Origin: Eledone cirrhosa
Lineage: Eukaryota
Reading direction: 5' to 3'
Length of the DNA: 64,000 bases
Assembly: GCA_964016885.1 (NCBI GenBank)
Contig: OZ024743.1
Coordinates: forward strand, 7,068,001-7,132,000
The position numbers were made by a program, and so were the translations under genes. Position 1 is the stretch's first letter; each line of letters opens with the position of its first letter. Under the pieces are notes generated by a model. That model did no database searches. It worked only from the letters and a program-made list of their open reading frames with translations, and was not told the DNA's origin. Below are positions 37,504 through 50,208 of the stretch, piece after piece.

Positions 37504-37873
37504 TCGGGGTCACCACTTATATCAAGTTTTGGTGTTCAAATCACGTCGGGGTCACCACTTATAACAAAATACTGGGTTGTATAAGTATAACATGGAGACG
37601 TGGTTAATGTGTATAATATTTAATTAACAATTTGTGGATATATAGAACAGTATAGTTGACATGTCAATGAATAGATGAAAGAATGAAGCAAAGTTATTAG
37701 TTACCGTTTGATTGCCAGGCGAACGCGCCTGGGCGAAGGCCAGGAGCCGAAAAGGCAAATGAGAGAGAGGGAACTTAAAGTTGTTAGTTTTATAGGGTTC
37801 TGACCGGAAGTTACAGAAAGGGTTCTACTTCCTATCTAGAGAGCGTTAATCTATTGGGGATGTGAATGTCACA
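37504..37873 (-). mobile_element. 5' LTR plus duplicated tRNA-Trp PBS of a second LTR family
   Basis: Minus strand TGTGAC...(TATAAAA)...GTTATA-ag-TGGTGACCCCGACGTGATTTGAACAC, followed by a second TATAAGTGGTGACCCCGA. Confidence 0.75.
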
Positions 37874-37899
37874 AGGGAGGCAACTCCTGCTACATATAC

Positions 37900-38427
37900 A
37901 TATAGGACACCAGAGGACACCACACCCGGGGCACTAACACCTGCTTCCTGAAGCTCCCACACTTCAGTGACGAAACAACAACAGCCATCCGCAGAGCTAT
38001 CAGACGAGAGGGACTAGATATCCAGCTAGCCCACTCAGGACCTTCTCTACACGGACAGCTAAACAAAAGACATTCCACCAGACATGACAGCCGCTGCAGA
38101 CTAGCCAACTGCCCCATCGACGACACAGACCTATGCCACCAGGCTTACATCGTATACAGATTGGAGTGCGACAAATGCAGCAATTTCTACATAGGTAGCA
38201 CCACCAGACCACTTCACATTAGAATAAAAGAACACCTCAACACTAACGCTTCCTTATTTAAGAAACACCTAGTGAAATGCAAAAATGCCGACAAAAACAT
38301 AATAGTTAGGATAGAAGCTAAGGAAAGAAACCTCAGCAATCTTAGAATTAAAGAAGCACTTATTATAGACAAAACACAACCACCAATCAATAACAGACTA
38401 AAACTCAACACCCAATTTTTAACATGA
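37900..38427 (+). mobile_element. Penelope-like element fragment (GIY-YIG endonuclease)
   Basis: CRLANCPI...YIVYRLECDKCSNFYIGSTTRPLHIRIKEH...IKEALII...PPINN. Confidence 0.85.
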
Positions 38428-39409
38428 TAGAGCACCTAGCCCCACACTTACACCTCCACATACCATCTCACACACACACGGTTACACCACTTATTCTCTC
38501 TCACACATACACACACACATAGACCAGTTTTAACATGATAGAGCATCTAGCCCCCACATTTACATATAAACATGCATGTCCTCTCACACACACACGCATG
38601 CTTACACCTTCACGTATTCTCCCACACACTCTGAGACATACATGTCCAAACCCTTTTAAAGGGAGACAACTCTTTATCCACCTAACCTTCACTCTTTGAC
38701 ATTAGAAATAGAATGGAATTTCTTTACTATTTCCTGTCAGCATGACTTGGCAAGCTAATTAGAACACTGGATTAACTCCTTTACTTCCCTCCAAAAAAGA
38801 GATATTATCTAGAAAATTAAGGATATTCAAATAAATTTAAGGTAAAAGACTAATTGTCAACAATATCTTTTGCATTTGTATTTATATTCTATATCCATAC
38901 TTGCATTGTTCTGGCTTTCTAACTCCTAACATTTATACCTAACTATGCAATGCTTCAAGTAAACTACAATTTCCTCCATCATAATATTAATATTATAAGG
39001 AAAGTACAATAATTATAATATAATAAAAAATACATTAATCATAGTGTTATTGGGAACTTATAACAATAATCATATTATCATAAGAGCCATAATATCATAA
39101 GAAAAATACAGTGATCACAGTTTTATAAAGAGAATACCATAAGCATGATATTATGATAAGCATACAATAGTTAAACTATTGTAAGGAAGATACAATAATC
39201 ATAATATTGTAAGGAAGTACCACTTGATAGGTTTGATGCCAAGTGCTGCATGGCTGGAATGAAAGTCAGTGTTGTGAAAAGTGAGACACTTGTCCCCTCA
39301 AGGAAGCCTGTGCAGTGCATTCTACATGTAAATGGAGTTGTACTAAAATAGATAGAGAAGTTCAAGTATCTCGTGGTCATGTTCTCGGGTGATAGAAGGC
39401 AAGTAAAAC

Positions 39410-40322
39410 CTGAAAACGTTGAGGGAAAATGTGTTAGAAATGATGCTGGTTCCCTTAGCACCAATGATGCCCAAAAGAAAGAGGCCTGGAAATATTACTA
39501 TGAGAGATTGATGAATGTTGAAAATGAATGGAAGGAAGAGAAACTACTCCCAACTTACCCAAAGGAAAGAGCAGCTATTGAAGTTGATAGTTTTAGGGAC
39601 AAAGACGCAATGAAGACAAAGAATGGTAAAGCTGCAGGACCATCAAAAATACTTGCTGAGATGCTAAAAGCATCAGGAGAGGTAGGAGTCAAACTAGTAA
39701 CCCATATAGTAAATCAAGTAATGCATGACAGAGTCATACCCAATTTCTGGTGCAGCAGTATAATCATAAATTGCTACTAGGGCAAACGTGAGACTAGAAA
39801 AGAGCAACTATACAGGAATAACACTAATGGACCTAGTTATAAAAGTGACAGAAAGAGTTATAGCACAGCTAATTAGAGAAAGAGTCAAAATAGATGAGAT
39901 GCAGTTTGGTTTCATGCCAGTGAAAAGTACTACAGATACCCTCTTAGTGAGACAACTATAAGAGAAGTTCCTAGCCAAAAATAAACCACTATATTTAACT
40001 TTTGTTGATGTTGAGAAAGCCTTTGACAGGGTATCTCAATCTATTATCTGGTGGTCCTTAAGAAAATTAGGTGTAGAAAAATGGCTTGTGAGAGCAGTAC
40101 AAACCATGTACAGAGGAGCTGTCAGAAAAGTGAGAGTAGGAAATGAGTTTAGCGAGGAATTCAAGTAGGAGTTCATCAAGGTTCAGTTCTTAGCCCACTG
40201 CTGTTCATCATAGTTCTTTAGGCCATAACAAAGGAGTTTAAAACAGGTTGCCCATGGGAACTTCTCTATGCAGATGATTTGGTCCTTATTGTTGAAACCA
40301 AAAAAGAGCTAGAAAATAAATT
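39410..40322 (+). pseudogene. Degenerate RTE LINE RT fragment related to the intact element
   Basis: EKCVRND..., GKAAGPS, QFGF, FVDVEKAFD, GVHQGSVLSPLLF and YADD, with stops and frameshifts. Confidence 0.9.
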
Positions 40323-40929
40323 GATAATGCCCTTCTTAGAACATGGGCAGTACTATTTTCTGTATCTCTTGTAGTGATGGCTTTCCAAATAACTGGTCTA
40401 AATATTTTTCAGTATCCTTTTTTATCATTCCAAGTGCCCCAACTATCTATTGCACAGGCCTTAAGATGCCACATTTTCTCCATTTCAATTGATAGATCTT
40501 TATACTTATTGAACTTTCCAAACTCTTTCAAGGAGATGTTACGATCTGATGGAATGCTCATGTCAATTAAGAAACATGTTTTCTCTTTATGGTCCTTCAC
40601 AATTATATCAGATCTGTTGGTCTTGATTGTTCTGTCAGTATTCACAGGGAAAACCCAGAGCATTGTTGCATTCTCGCCTCCTGTTACTGCATCTGGGTGA
40701 TAATTGTACCATTTCCCCTCCATTTTCAGACCTTAAAGCCTGCACATTACCCAGTGTAAGTATTGCCCCACTCTATCATGCCTTGTTTTAAATTCCTGGC
40801 CAGCTAATACCTTGCAGCATGAAACCAGGTGGTCAATGGTTTCAACATGCTCATCACAGAATCAACACTTTTGGTCAGTTCCATTTCTGATCACATTGGC
40901 TTGAAAGTTGCATGCTGGGAGACACTGGT
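40323..40929 (-). mobile_element. R4/R2-group LINE fragment, second half (restriction-like endonuclease), inverted
   Basis: RHDRVGQYLHW...NRSDIIVKDHKEKTCFLIDMSIP...KFNKYKDL, an RLE PD..D motif. Continues the fragment at 36050-36517. Confidence 0.8.
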
Positions 40930-41042
40930 TTCTTGAAGGCAGATATTTATATCTGTCTTCAGTCGTCAGAATGAATAAATAACAATGTTATTTATTCATT
41001 CTGACAACTGAAGACAGATATAAATATCTGCCTTCAAGAAAC
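40928..41042. repeat. 115-bp near-perfect palindrome
   Basis: 57-bp arms, 1-nt spacer, one mismatch. Confidence 0.95.
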
Positions 41043-41128
41043 TCTTGGTAAATGAAATAATTATCTTATGTTGTTTATTACATAACTAAAAAGCTCTGTA
41101 GCCTACATAGAGCACTCTCTTTTTTCGA

Positions 41129-41910
41129 CACTACAATGCTATTAGCAGTCGAAGCAGCCGATGAAAGCAAAACATCGTTTATTTCCGTATTACTACCACG
41201 TGTAAGTGGAGTTACTTAAATGAAATTCTTTTTTTTTTTCACGCGTTTTTTTTTTATTTTTATTTTTTATTAAAGCATATAGATGTAAGTGGAGTTACTT
41301 AAATGATATAGAAAACAAATTTATGGTTACCAAATTTTTTTCACCAACCTTATTCAAAAGCATGGATACAGTCCACATGGAGACAAGAGACAGTCCCCAT
41401 GGAGATTGATGGTATCTGCTGTAGTAGCGGTAGCGATGGAAAGATCGCGATGGTTAATTCCATTAACAATTTGGCCCTTTTAAGGGCCACCTATATTTTC
41501 ATTTAAGTTAACTCCACTGTTGGTGAAAATGACTTGTTTTCTACATTGATAACCATGACTATGAAAATATAAATGATTAAATCCAATTTATTTGATAACC
41601 ATGACTTGTTTTCTAATTAACTTAAATTTGTTTTCTAATTTGGCCCTTTTAAGGGCCACCTATATTTTCATTTAAGTAACTCCACTTACATCGATATGCT
41701 TTAATAAAAAAAAAACGCGTGATATTTCATTTAAGTAACTCCACTTACATTTATATGCTTTAATTAAAAAAAAAAAAAACGCGTGAAAAAAAAAATGTTC
41801 ATTTAAGTAACTCCACTTACGCGTGGTAGTAATACGGAAATAAACGATGTTTGACAAATGACGTCACCTTCGCCTGCTTTCATCGGCTGACAGCTAATAG
41901 CGCTGTAGTG
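41129..41910. mobile_element. CACTA-like non-autonomous foldback element
   Basis: Termini CACTACA...TGTAGTG, long subterminal inverted repeats, and multiple copies of gtaagtggagttacttaaatga. No clear TSD. Confidence 0.65.
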
Positions 41911-42379
41911 CCCTTTTTTCCTGTACCATTCCGACGGAAATACTTCATATATATATAAGGTAGATTACATGAGTTGATAATACAAAAGCTCTAATGTGAT
42001 TTTATCCACATCAAGATTGACAAAAGATAGTTCAGAGTTAAATCCAATTTTTAAATCTCCAGTCATCGCAGTATTACAATAATCACAGAGTATATATAAA
42101 TAAGTAAATAAATCACCAAAGTTCAATACATTAATACATTATTTAATTGATTTACATGTTTCGTTCAAATACAGAAGGAGGTAGCATATAATTCCTTTGT
42201 AGAGAAATAGTTAGAATCACCGACCATGTGTTATCATGATTCCAGACACGAAGATTTGAAAAACGTAAACAAGTTTTATATGCATAAGAAAAAGTTTAAA
42301 ATTATGGAAGGCTAGATATGTAAAAAAAATTAAACTGCATAAAGTATCTAGTGGTTAGTTTGACTAGTATATTTAATAC

Positions 42380-42908
42380 TCGTATTTTGACTTCTATCTC
42401 CTGGAAGACGAGCTCTGTATCTACAGCGCATCGGTCCTCCTCTCCGATCTCCTCTATGGGCAGAAACGTGGCCCCTCACAAAGATCATTGCAAAGAAGAT
42501 CGACAGCTTCGATAGCAGAGCCCTGAGGACCATAAAGAACATCAGTACCACCACATTTCCAATAAAAAGTTGTGTTCGTGCACGCATCAACTTGCAGCCT
42601 CCCGCCCAAGAGCCATCTACCGTATGCTCTGGTGCGGACATGTCCTCCGCCTCACGCCAGATCATCCTACCAGGGCCTCAGTCTCGGTTGATGCAGCAGC
42701 CACAGGCTGGAAGAGGCCCTGTGGCAGGTCACATACCAGATGGCTGGATGTCAGCAAGGAAGATCCCCAGAGGCTCGACGTCACCTTGGAAGATATAGAG
42801 GAGTTGGTACGGGACCGCTGGCGACGGAGCGTATTGGCGGACATGGTCGGCTCTATGCACGATGATGCCTCTCTGGGATAGAGCCGACCAGGACCACCAG
42901 TGCCTTCC
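42380..42908 (+). mobile_element. Old RTE-like LINE 3' fragment (different family)
   Basis: LWCGHVLRL...WKRPCGRSHTRWLD, an RTE-type C-terminal motif. Confidence 0.65.
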
Positions 42909-42963
42909 ATATATATATATATACGATATTAACAAATAGAAACTATATTTATAAAACCATATT

Positions 42964-43028
42964 TATTTCATTATACATATTTCAAGGACACCAAGTTAAA
43001 TTATGGTGTGCTTTCATCAGATAAAATA
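42964..43028 (-). ncRNA. Minimal type-I hammerhead ribozyme motif
   Basis: TATTTTAT-CTGATGA-AAGc ACACCA..TGGTGT cCTT-GAAA-TATGTA-TA-ATGAAATA, with an intact core and three stems. Confidence 0.75.
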
Positions 43029-43217
43029 TAATATAGATCAGTTTTATAAATAAATATTGACATACCCTTAAAGAATGCAACCATTACTGTTGGAAACTCC
43101 CAGATATATATATATATTTATATAATTTTTCGGCTCTGTTGGATAACATTGAGCTATATCTTATACTGTCATCTAATACGACGAGTGTGTTTAACTCTAA
43201 TGCACTCAAGTATTTTT

Positions 43218-43269
<52 letters not shown>

Positions 43270-43329
43270 TATTGAAATTTCCGTTGGAAACAGAAAAGGT
43301 CATAGAAATGAAGAGTGCTCTATGTAAGT

Positions 43330-45150
43330 ATCAGAGCAAAATTTAATGTATAAAAATCAATACAATATAATTACCTCATTACCAGAGGTTTCCCGAATGA
43401 GGCGAATACGAAATAAACGACTTCATTCGTTCGTCAGACGAGGCAATATAAAACATGGGCAAATACTTAGAAAAACACATCAAGAAAATCAAAAAAAGAT
43501 ATAGATAAATGAAATAGAAATTGAAATATATAAAAATCTATCAAGAAATATAGTTAGGTGTGTGTATATGTATGTATATACGCTCACAGATGTGTACATG
43601 TACATGTATAGTGAGAAAGTGTGCGTAATTCTAAAATAGGGCAAATGTATCTATATGTCTGTATTATACAAACAGAAATGGTTACATCGTAAATATACGA
43701 ATATGAAGGCGCGCGCATAAAACGCCTGGACACTCGTACGCTTAGGTGCGGAAAGAAAGGAGGTAAGGGAGTGTAATAATTAAAAGAAAAGGGTCAGTCT
43801 CGATATATTTATAAAAATATAATAACGATAAATTAGAAAGAAAAAATTAAAGAAAAAAAAAAAAAGAAAAAAAGGGGGGTATATACATACACAGACACGC
43901 GTGTCTCACAAAAGAAATGTAAAAATAATTATGCTTATATAAACACGTGCACTTACACTTCCATACGTTCGATACGTACATACACACACACATACCTATA
44001 CTCACGCATATAAACCTGTTTACATGCCCACGTATGAAACTGAGTAAGTAAAAAAAAAAGGAAGGGGGGGGAGAAGAAAAAAGGAACGAAACATAAAACC
44101 GAGATGTCAAAAACACGGATATAAAGACACGTACACATACGCATAATATATACATACACACACATACAAACACCTGTACACACACACACACACATACATA
44201 CACACACACACACACACGCACGCGCGCGCACATACGTAGTCACTCATGTACATATATAAAAAGTATACACACATTAAGGCGTTCAGCCATATTGAAATGT
44301 GGATAAATAAGTACAAATATAAAATTGTAAGATAGGCTGCGCAAAAATAAAATAAAAATGAAAATATCTGGATTGAAAAACACAAAAGACAAGTGTAATC
44401 AGTTAGTGGAGGAAAAAGGGAAGTAAAAGAAGGGGAAGTAAAAAATAGAAAATAGGAAGTGGATCGGAGAATAAAGGGGGGGGGGGATGTGAAGTAAAAA
44501 TAAATAAAAGTGAAAATAAATGAAATTATTGACAAGGATAAAAATGAAAGTAAGTCAGAAAGGGTAATTAAATAGAGAATAATAAGAGTTTATGGAGGAT
44601 AAGTATCTGAAAGTGTGTTAAGTTTATATGAGCTGGAAAGCAGGTGTGATTTCATGTGTGGGCAACTGGTGAAAATTTCCGTCTTTGTGTCCTCTAGCAT
44701 ATTTTTTAGATTGGTTCAAAATTGACCAATCTAGTTTATATTGGATGCCTTGGTCTTTCAAATCCCAAATTCTGCTAGCCAGAGCTGTTGTAAATCTTTT
44801 TTCTGGATGTCGAAAGGATGCGACATGTGAGTAATAACGCGTTTTGAATCTGTCTTGCGTCATACCCACATATCGTTCACTGGTGGCTGGATGGTTGTTG
44901 CTGATGGTTGTCACTTTAGCCGCATATACAATGGCTTTGGTGTTGCATTTACCTTGTAATAGGCATTCACTTTTGATTCTACAGGAGCAAGTTTGATTTT
45001 CTCTAGGTGATATTTTGTTGAGGATATAGAACTTAATAGGGGGACCGCAGGAATAGCTAATTTTAACACAGTTTCTGTTAAAGATCTTATAGTATCTATG
45101 TGTTCTAGGGAAATGTTTATCTAGGAGTTCTAGGAATTTTTTGCCTACAT
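43330..45150 (-). mobile_element. Penelope-like element 3' part (GIY-YIG fragment, microsatellite-rich 3' region, pseudo-LTR)
   Basis: CSC..KSECLLQGKCNTKAIVYAAKV...YVGMTQDRFKTRYYSHVASF at ~44620-45000, and a hammerhead-like motif at the distal end. Boundaries approximate. Confidence 0.7.
43369..43443 (-). ncRNA. Hammerhead ribozyme-like motif at the 3' end of a Penelope-like fragment
   Basis: CTGACGA-aCGAATGA..TCATTCGg-GAAA-CCTC-tggtaat-GAGG-TA. Stem I is weak. Confidence 0.55.
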
Positions 45151-45174
45151 TAGTTATATATATATATATATTCG

Positions 45175-45470
45175 TGAAGGGCGCATGGCTTAGAACACTG
45201 AGCTTGCAATCGGGAGGCTGGGAGTTCGATTCCTTTATTTCATGTTGCTCCAGAATACTCAGCTGTAGAAATGAGTTACGACGTCACAGGTGCCCGGCTG
45301 TATCGCCCATTGCCTTTCCCTTGGACAACATCGGTAGCATGGAGAGGAGAGGCTGGTATGAATGGGCGACTTCCACAAACAAACCTTGCCCAGGCTTGTG
45401 TCTCGGAGGAGAACTTTCTAGATGCAAATCCCATGGTCATTCGTGGCCGAAGGGGGTCTTTACCCTTTAT
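45175..45470 (+). mobile_element. tRNA-derived SINE (second family)
   Basis: A-box-like TGGCTTAG, B-box GAGTTCGATTCC, central domain shared with 6820-6876, (TTTACCC)-type end. Confidence 0.7.
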
Positions 45471-46216
45471 ATATATAGAGAGAGAGTGGGAGTTACCTAG
45501 CCGAACGGAATAACATCCTAAAATACCTAGAATTATCAACTAACTATTTTTTTCACCCTTTGGCTCGAAATGTTTGATGGTGATAGGCCGTTGACAGCGA
45601 ACTTATCATTGTTAGCGGCTGGTCTTAATGAGATGTCAGGTGATGCACGCGAAGGTGCTTGGTTGTTTCAGCGCCTTAGCCTCTCCATCACCCGCGGTAA
45701 TGCTGCGAGCGTGTTGACTTGTCTCAAAAGTTTCCGATGACATATGTGGTGAGTGACCGATTGACGCACAAAATGTTGAATTGATGGTTATTTTCTTTCC
45801 TTTTTTTTTCTCTCGCTTTTATTATATATTTTTGTGTATTATATTTGTATGGCAGTATCGGTGGAGGGTCGGACGCCATGCTTTGCAACACAGTTACGCC
45901 CCTTTACGGATTGAGTTCAAATCCCGCCGAGGTTAACTTTGCCTTTCATCCTTACGGGGTCGATAAAATAAAGTACCAGTAACACACTGGAATAATTGCT
46001 GGCCTTGTGCCAAATGTAGAAACAATTATATTTGTAAGGTTCCTAGCAACAATTAATTGATTAGATGTATGTAGTTCTATTTAATCTTATATATTTGTTA
46101 TATATATGAAAAAAAAAATTTTTTATTGTTAAATATATACATATATCTATCTATCTATAAATATATACACATATATATATACAGATATAGATAGATAGAT
46201 ATATGTATCTCTTTCT

Positions 46217-46277
<61 letters not shown>

Positions 46278-46840
46278 TATCATTCGTACCTTTAAAATAT
46301 TTATGAAGATTTCTATTTATCAAAATACACTTTCATTTGATTAAAAATGATGTATATTTATGAAATAAATAAAACTTTCAGTTCAAAGTTTATAAAGTTA
46401 TCGTCTGCCAGTAAATTTGTTTTTTCTTATTTTTTTCACCGCTTCTGCATTTGTCCCAAAGAAAAGTAAACGGACACACTGGATAAAATTATAATTGATT
46501 CGTTGGACTGAAACTGAGATAGTAATATGGATAATTACAGAAAATAAACATTTATTTTTAAATCATTGAGTAACTCATCTGAAAAGCAATAAGGAATGAA
46601 GTAACTTTTTTTTTAATTGGAAAAACTTTTATCCACAGTTGTATAAAAAAATGTGTTCGTGTTTTCGTTCTTTAACCATTATATTATTATATTTTTTATA
46701 CAACTGTGAATAAAAGATTTTCCAATCATAACGAATTGCCTCTGAATTCTCTACATATTATCATCATCATTATTTAACATCCGTTTTAAATTATGATGAT
46801 GATGATATAATAATAATTATAAGCTTAAGTAATGTCTTAC

Positions 46841-46867
46841 TTTTGCTGGGAAAGTATCTGCATCCAT
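46841..46867 (-). CDS. ADA: Adenosine deaminase, coding exon 1 (MDADTFPAK)
   Basis: Minus strand ATG GAT GCA GAT ACT TTC CCA GCA AAA followed by a gtaaga donor. The phase-0 join to exon 2 gives ...FPAK|VELHIHLDG, matching the short first exon of animal ADA (human MAQTPAFDKPK|VELH). Confidence 0.8.
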
Positions 46868-48592
46868 AATGCTGTGTTGATGCTGGCTGTGTTTATCTGT
46901 AACTACACTTCAGTTTAGAAAGTCATTTATTGACAAGCAGACACAATAAAATGGGTCATATTTCTATTTTCATCCAGTCCTGTTCGTCTTTTAATATGTA
47001 ACAGCTGTCTGTAAATGGGCAACATCCGAGATTCTTAGAACTTATCTACTTTTTCGAAAGTTAATCCACAACAGTTCGTAGATAAAAATAGAGTACAGTA
47101 GTTAGTTTGTTCGACAAACTATCTTCTGTACTTTATTTATATCTCCGAACCTTTTGTGTCTATACATAGGCATGTCTCAAACAAATGACATCTTTCTGAT
47201 ATATTTTTCATGACAGCCACTGAAATACACCCAAGTCAGAGCACCTGATTTCATATCGTAATGCTTGTAGAGGCTTATTTTAATTTTTAGTTTTAATACA
47301 TGAAATAATTGACCCAATGAAAGTGCTTCTAAGTTTGAACTGTTAGAAATAACAGACAAATCACCCTCAAGTTAAATTCTACCGACTGACAGAATTGAAC
47401 GAGAGCACTAAAACTTTTAGGTAATAAATGTCAAGGGAAATGAAGTAGAATCAATTCTATCCTATGGAAACACAAAAGTGTATATTGTATGAGATAATTA
47501 CTTTATCCAATCTGCCCTTCGTTTTTTAATACGGTATAGTGATCTAAAAGAGATTTTGTCCATATTTCTTTTATTTCCCCCTTTCTGCATAAGACGTGTA
47601 AACATACTTGTTTCTACTTTAGGCACAAGGCCAGCAATACTCAGTGCATTACTGGTACTTTAAGACGTGTAAACATACTATTATGTTGTCTATCTCAAAC
47701 TGTTAATATTGGTTTCTGATTTAGGCACAAAGCCAGCAATTTTGGAGGAGGGGAAAGTCGATTAAATCGACCCAGTTCGTTACTGGTAATTTATTTTATC
47801 GACCCCGTAAAGATGAAAGCATAGCTAACCTCGGAAATCAGAACGTAAATGGGCGTAAAACTGTGCCGCGAAGTATGGTGTCCGGCGCTGTTAATATTAT
47901 GCTGTGACAAGGACTCCGGAATTGTAATATATATATTAAAAGTAATTAAATGAATCATTTTTATTGTTCTTGTCAATTTTTTTAAATAGATACCTTTTTA
48001 TTCAGTTGTATAAATAACATTACAAATTGTTCGGACCACTGACTGCGAGATTCCTATCTTCACTGGCGGCTCGTATAACAAAGGTAATAGGTGAAGCTCG
48101 TGAGGGCACTTGGTTGTTCCAGCGCATCAGCCTCGCCATCACCCGAGGTAACACTGCGAGGATGCTGGTTTGTCTAAAAAATCATTAGAGGGGTTTCCCA
48201 GTGCTCCTCGCGATACTGTTATCTTTTACTCTGGTAGCCACTCGGTTGTTCACCCCTTTCGCCTGCCCTTTGTATGTGGTCCCAGATGTGTGTTTTTAAC
48301 TTTTTCTCTTTATTTTCCTTGTTTTCTGTTTTCCCTTTCCTTTATATTATATTTGTTTGTGTTTTCGTTCTTACATTGTATTATTATATCTCTTTTTATA
48401 CCAGTGCATTACTGGTACTTTATTTTATCGACCCCGTAAGGATGAAAGGCAAAGTTAACCTCGGCGGGATTTGAACTCAGAACGTAGAGGGCCAGGAATA
48501 TTTGATCAAAGCGAGAGAAAGATTAAAAAAAAAATGAAGCAAAAACTCAAACGGCTACCAGTTTATTTCGTTTATCTGTAAAACAACTTTTA

Positions 48593-48656
48593 TATTTTAT
48601 CTGATGAGAGCGTACCAAAAATGTTGGTACCCTTGAAATATATATATAATAAAATA
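48593..48656 (+). ncRNA. Minimal type-I hammerhead ribozyme motif
   Basis: TATTTTAT-CTGATGA-GAGc GTACCAA aaatg TTGGTAC cCTT-GAAA-TATATATA-TA-ATAAAATA. Confidence 0.8.
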
Positions 48657-49471
48657 AATATGGTTTTATAAAGATAGTTTCCATTTATTAATATTATTGA
48701 TATATATATATATATTTGGCAATCTTTCATTTTAGGTATGCAAAATAAAACTTTGCGGATATGTTTAAATTTCACTAAGTTTCGGTTTCCGTCAGTTTAA
48801 ATATCATGGGTTAGAGTTAGAGTTAGAATCCTTTGTGAGATTTCACTTCTTTTTATTTACGTACCTAAAACGAAAGATTACCATATATTTATATAGACAC
48901 ACACGAACGCACACACACACACACATATATAGTTTTGACTTTACTGGCATTTCTTGAAGCAAGAACGAAGAACGAAAACATTAAAAAAAAACAAATAAAC
49001 AAAAGAGTTAACAAAAAAACAGTCAAAAAATTCCCTTGGGAATTAATGTGCCCCTTCTGAGTACCACAGTCTGGTGACGGTCTTGTGACATTCAACGTCC
49101 ATAGTGTGTATATATGATTGTGCATGTGCACTTTACATACAAGAAAACCTATTTGAAACGCCCTGTGAATGTTAGTATGTGTGTGTATATGTACCAACTT
49201 TCATTTACAGTTGTATAAATAACACAATATATACATCTCTCTCTCTCTCTATATATATATATTGAGATTGAATTATTTTCCCATATCTTACGTTAAATAT
49301 TTTCCATCTTGACGTTATAGTCACTTATATATTATGAAATAATTGTTTCTACTTTAGGCACAAGGCCAGCAATTACCCAGTGCATTACTGGTACTTTATT
49401 TTATCGACCCTGTAAGGATGAAAGGCAAAGTCAACCTTTGGCTTCTTGCTCACATTAATTTCTCTGTTTTC

Positions 49472-49517
<46 letters not shown>

Positions 49518-49563
49518 ATATATATAATATATAAGAACAAAAGATGGTTAAAATAGTTCCATG

Positions 49564-49634
49564 TATTTTATTATGCGCATTTCAAAAACAAATATCATCA
49601 TGCAATAATATTTGTGTTTTCATCAGATAAAACA
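49564..49634 (-). ncRNA. Minimal type-I hammerhead ribozyme motif (divergent family)
   Basis: TGTTTTAT-CTGATGA-AAAc ACAAATATTAT..ATGATATTTGT tTTT-GAAA-TGCGCA-TA-ATAAAATA, with a palindromic stem III. Confidence 0.8.
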
Positions 49635-49981
49635 GGAAGACATGATATGAAGGTTAAAAAACACTTGTGGATAGTGCAGTTTTAAATCAACATATGAAAA
49701 GTAGTTTTAGATTGATGTGTGATATTTGGAAAAATATTTTGTGGTGGGTGGGGAAAGGATGAAAAACAGGAGGAGATGAGAGTAAAAAGTGGAGAGGGAA
49801 GAGTATAATGAGGAAGGATGAGATAGGACGAGAGATGGGTGATAGAGAGAGAGAGAGATAGCTTTTATAACTGAGAAAGATATATTGTTTTACATAGAGA
49901 GGTTGGAAGATAATGTATAAATTAAAAGAATTTGAAAATTAACGAAGAGAAAAATAATGTAAAGTTATGGTTTGTATATTG

Positions 49982-50208
49982 AAGGGTTTAATAATATGTG
50001 CGATGAAAAGAAAATGTTAATATGTATTAAGAATAATATTTAAGGGTTTAATAATATGTGCGATGGAAAGAAAAAGTTAATATGTATTAAGAATAATATT
50101 TAAGGGTTTAATAATATGTGCGATGGAAAGAAAATGTTAATATGTATTAAGAATAATATTTAAGGGTTTAATAATATGTGCGATGGAAAGAAAATGTTGA
50201 TATGTATT
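49982..50208. repeat. 60-bp tandem repeat, ~4 copies
   Basis: aagggtttaataatatgtgcgatggaaagaaaatgttaatatgtattaagaataatattt. Confidence 0.9.

Noticed and set aside
37532-37557. tRNA-Trp gene
   Set aside because: Only the 3' 26 nt are present, including encoded CCA, adjacent to an LTR end. This is a primer-binding site, not a gene.
43847-44535. Cys/Val-rich and Phe-rich ORFs
   Set aside because: Translations of (CA)n and purine-rich low-complexity sequence.
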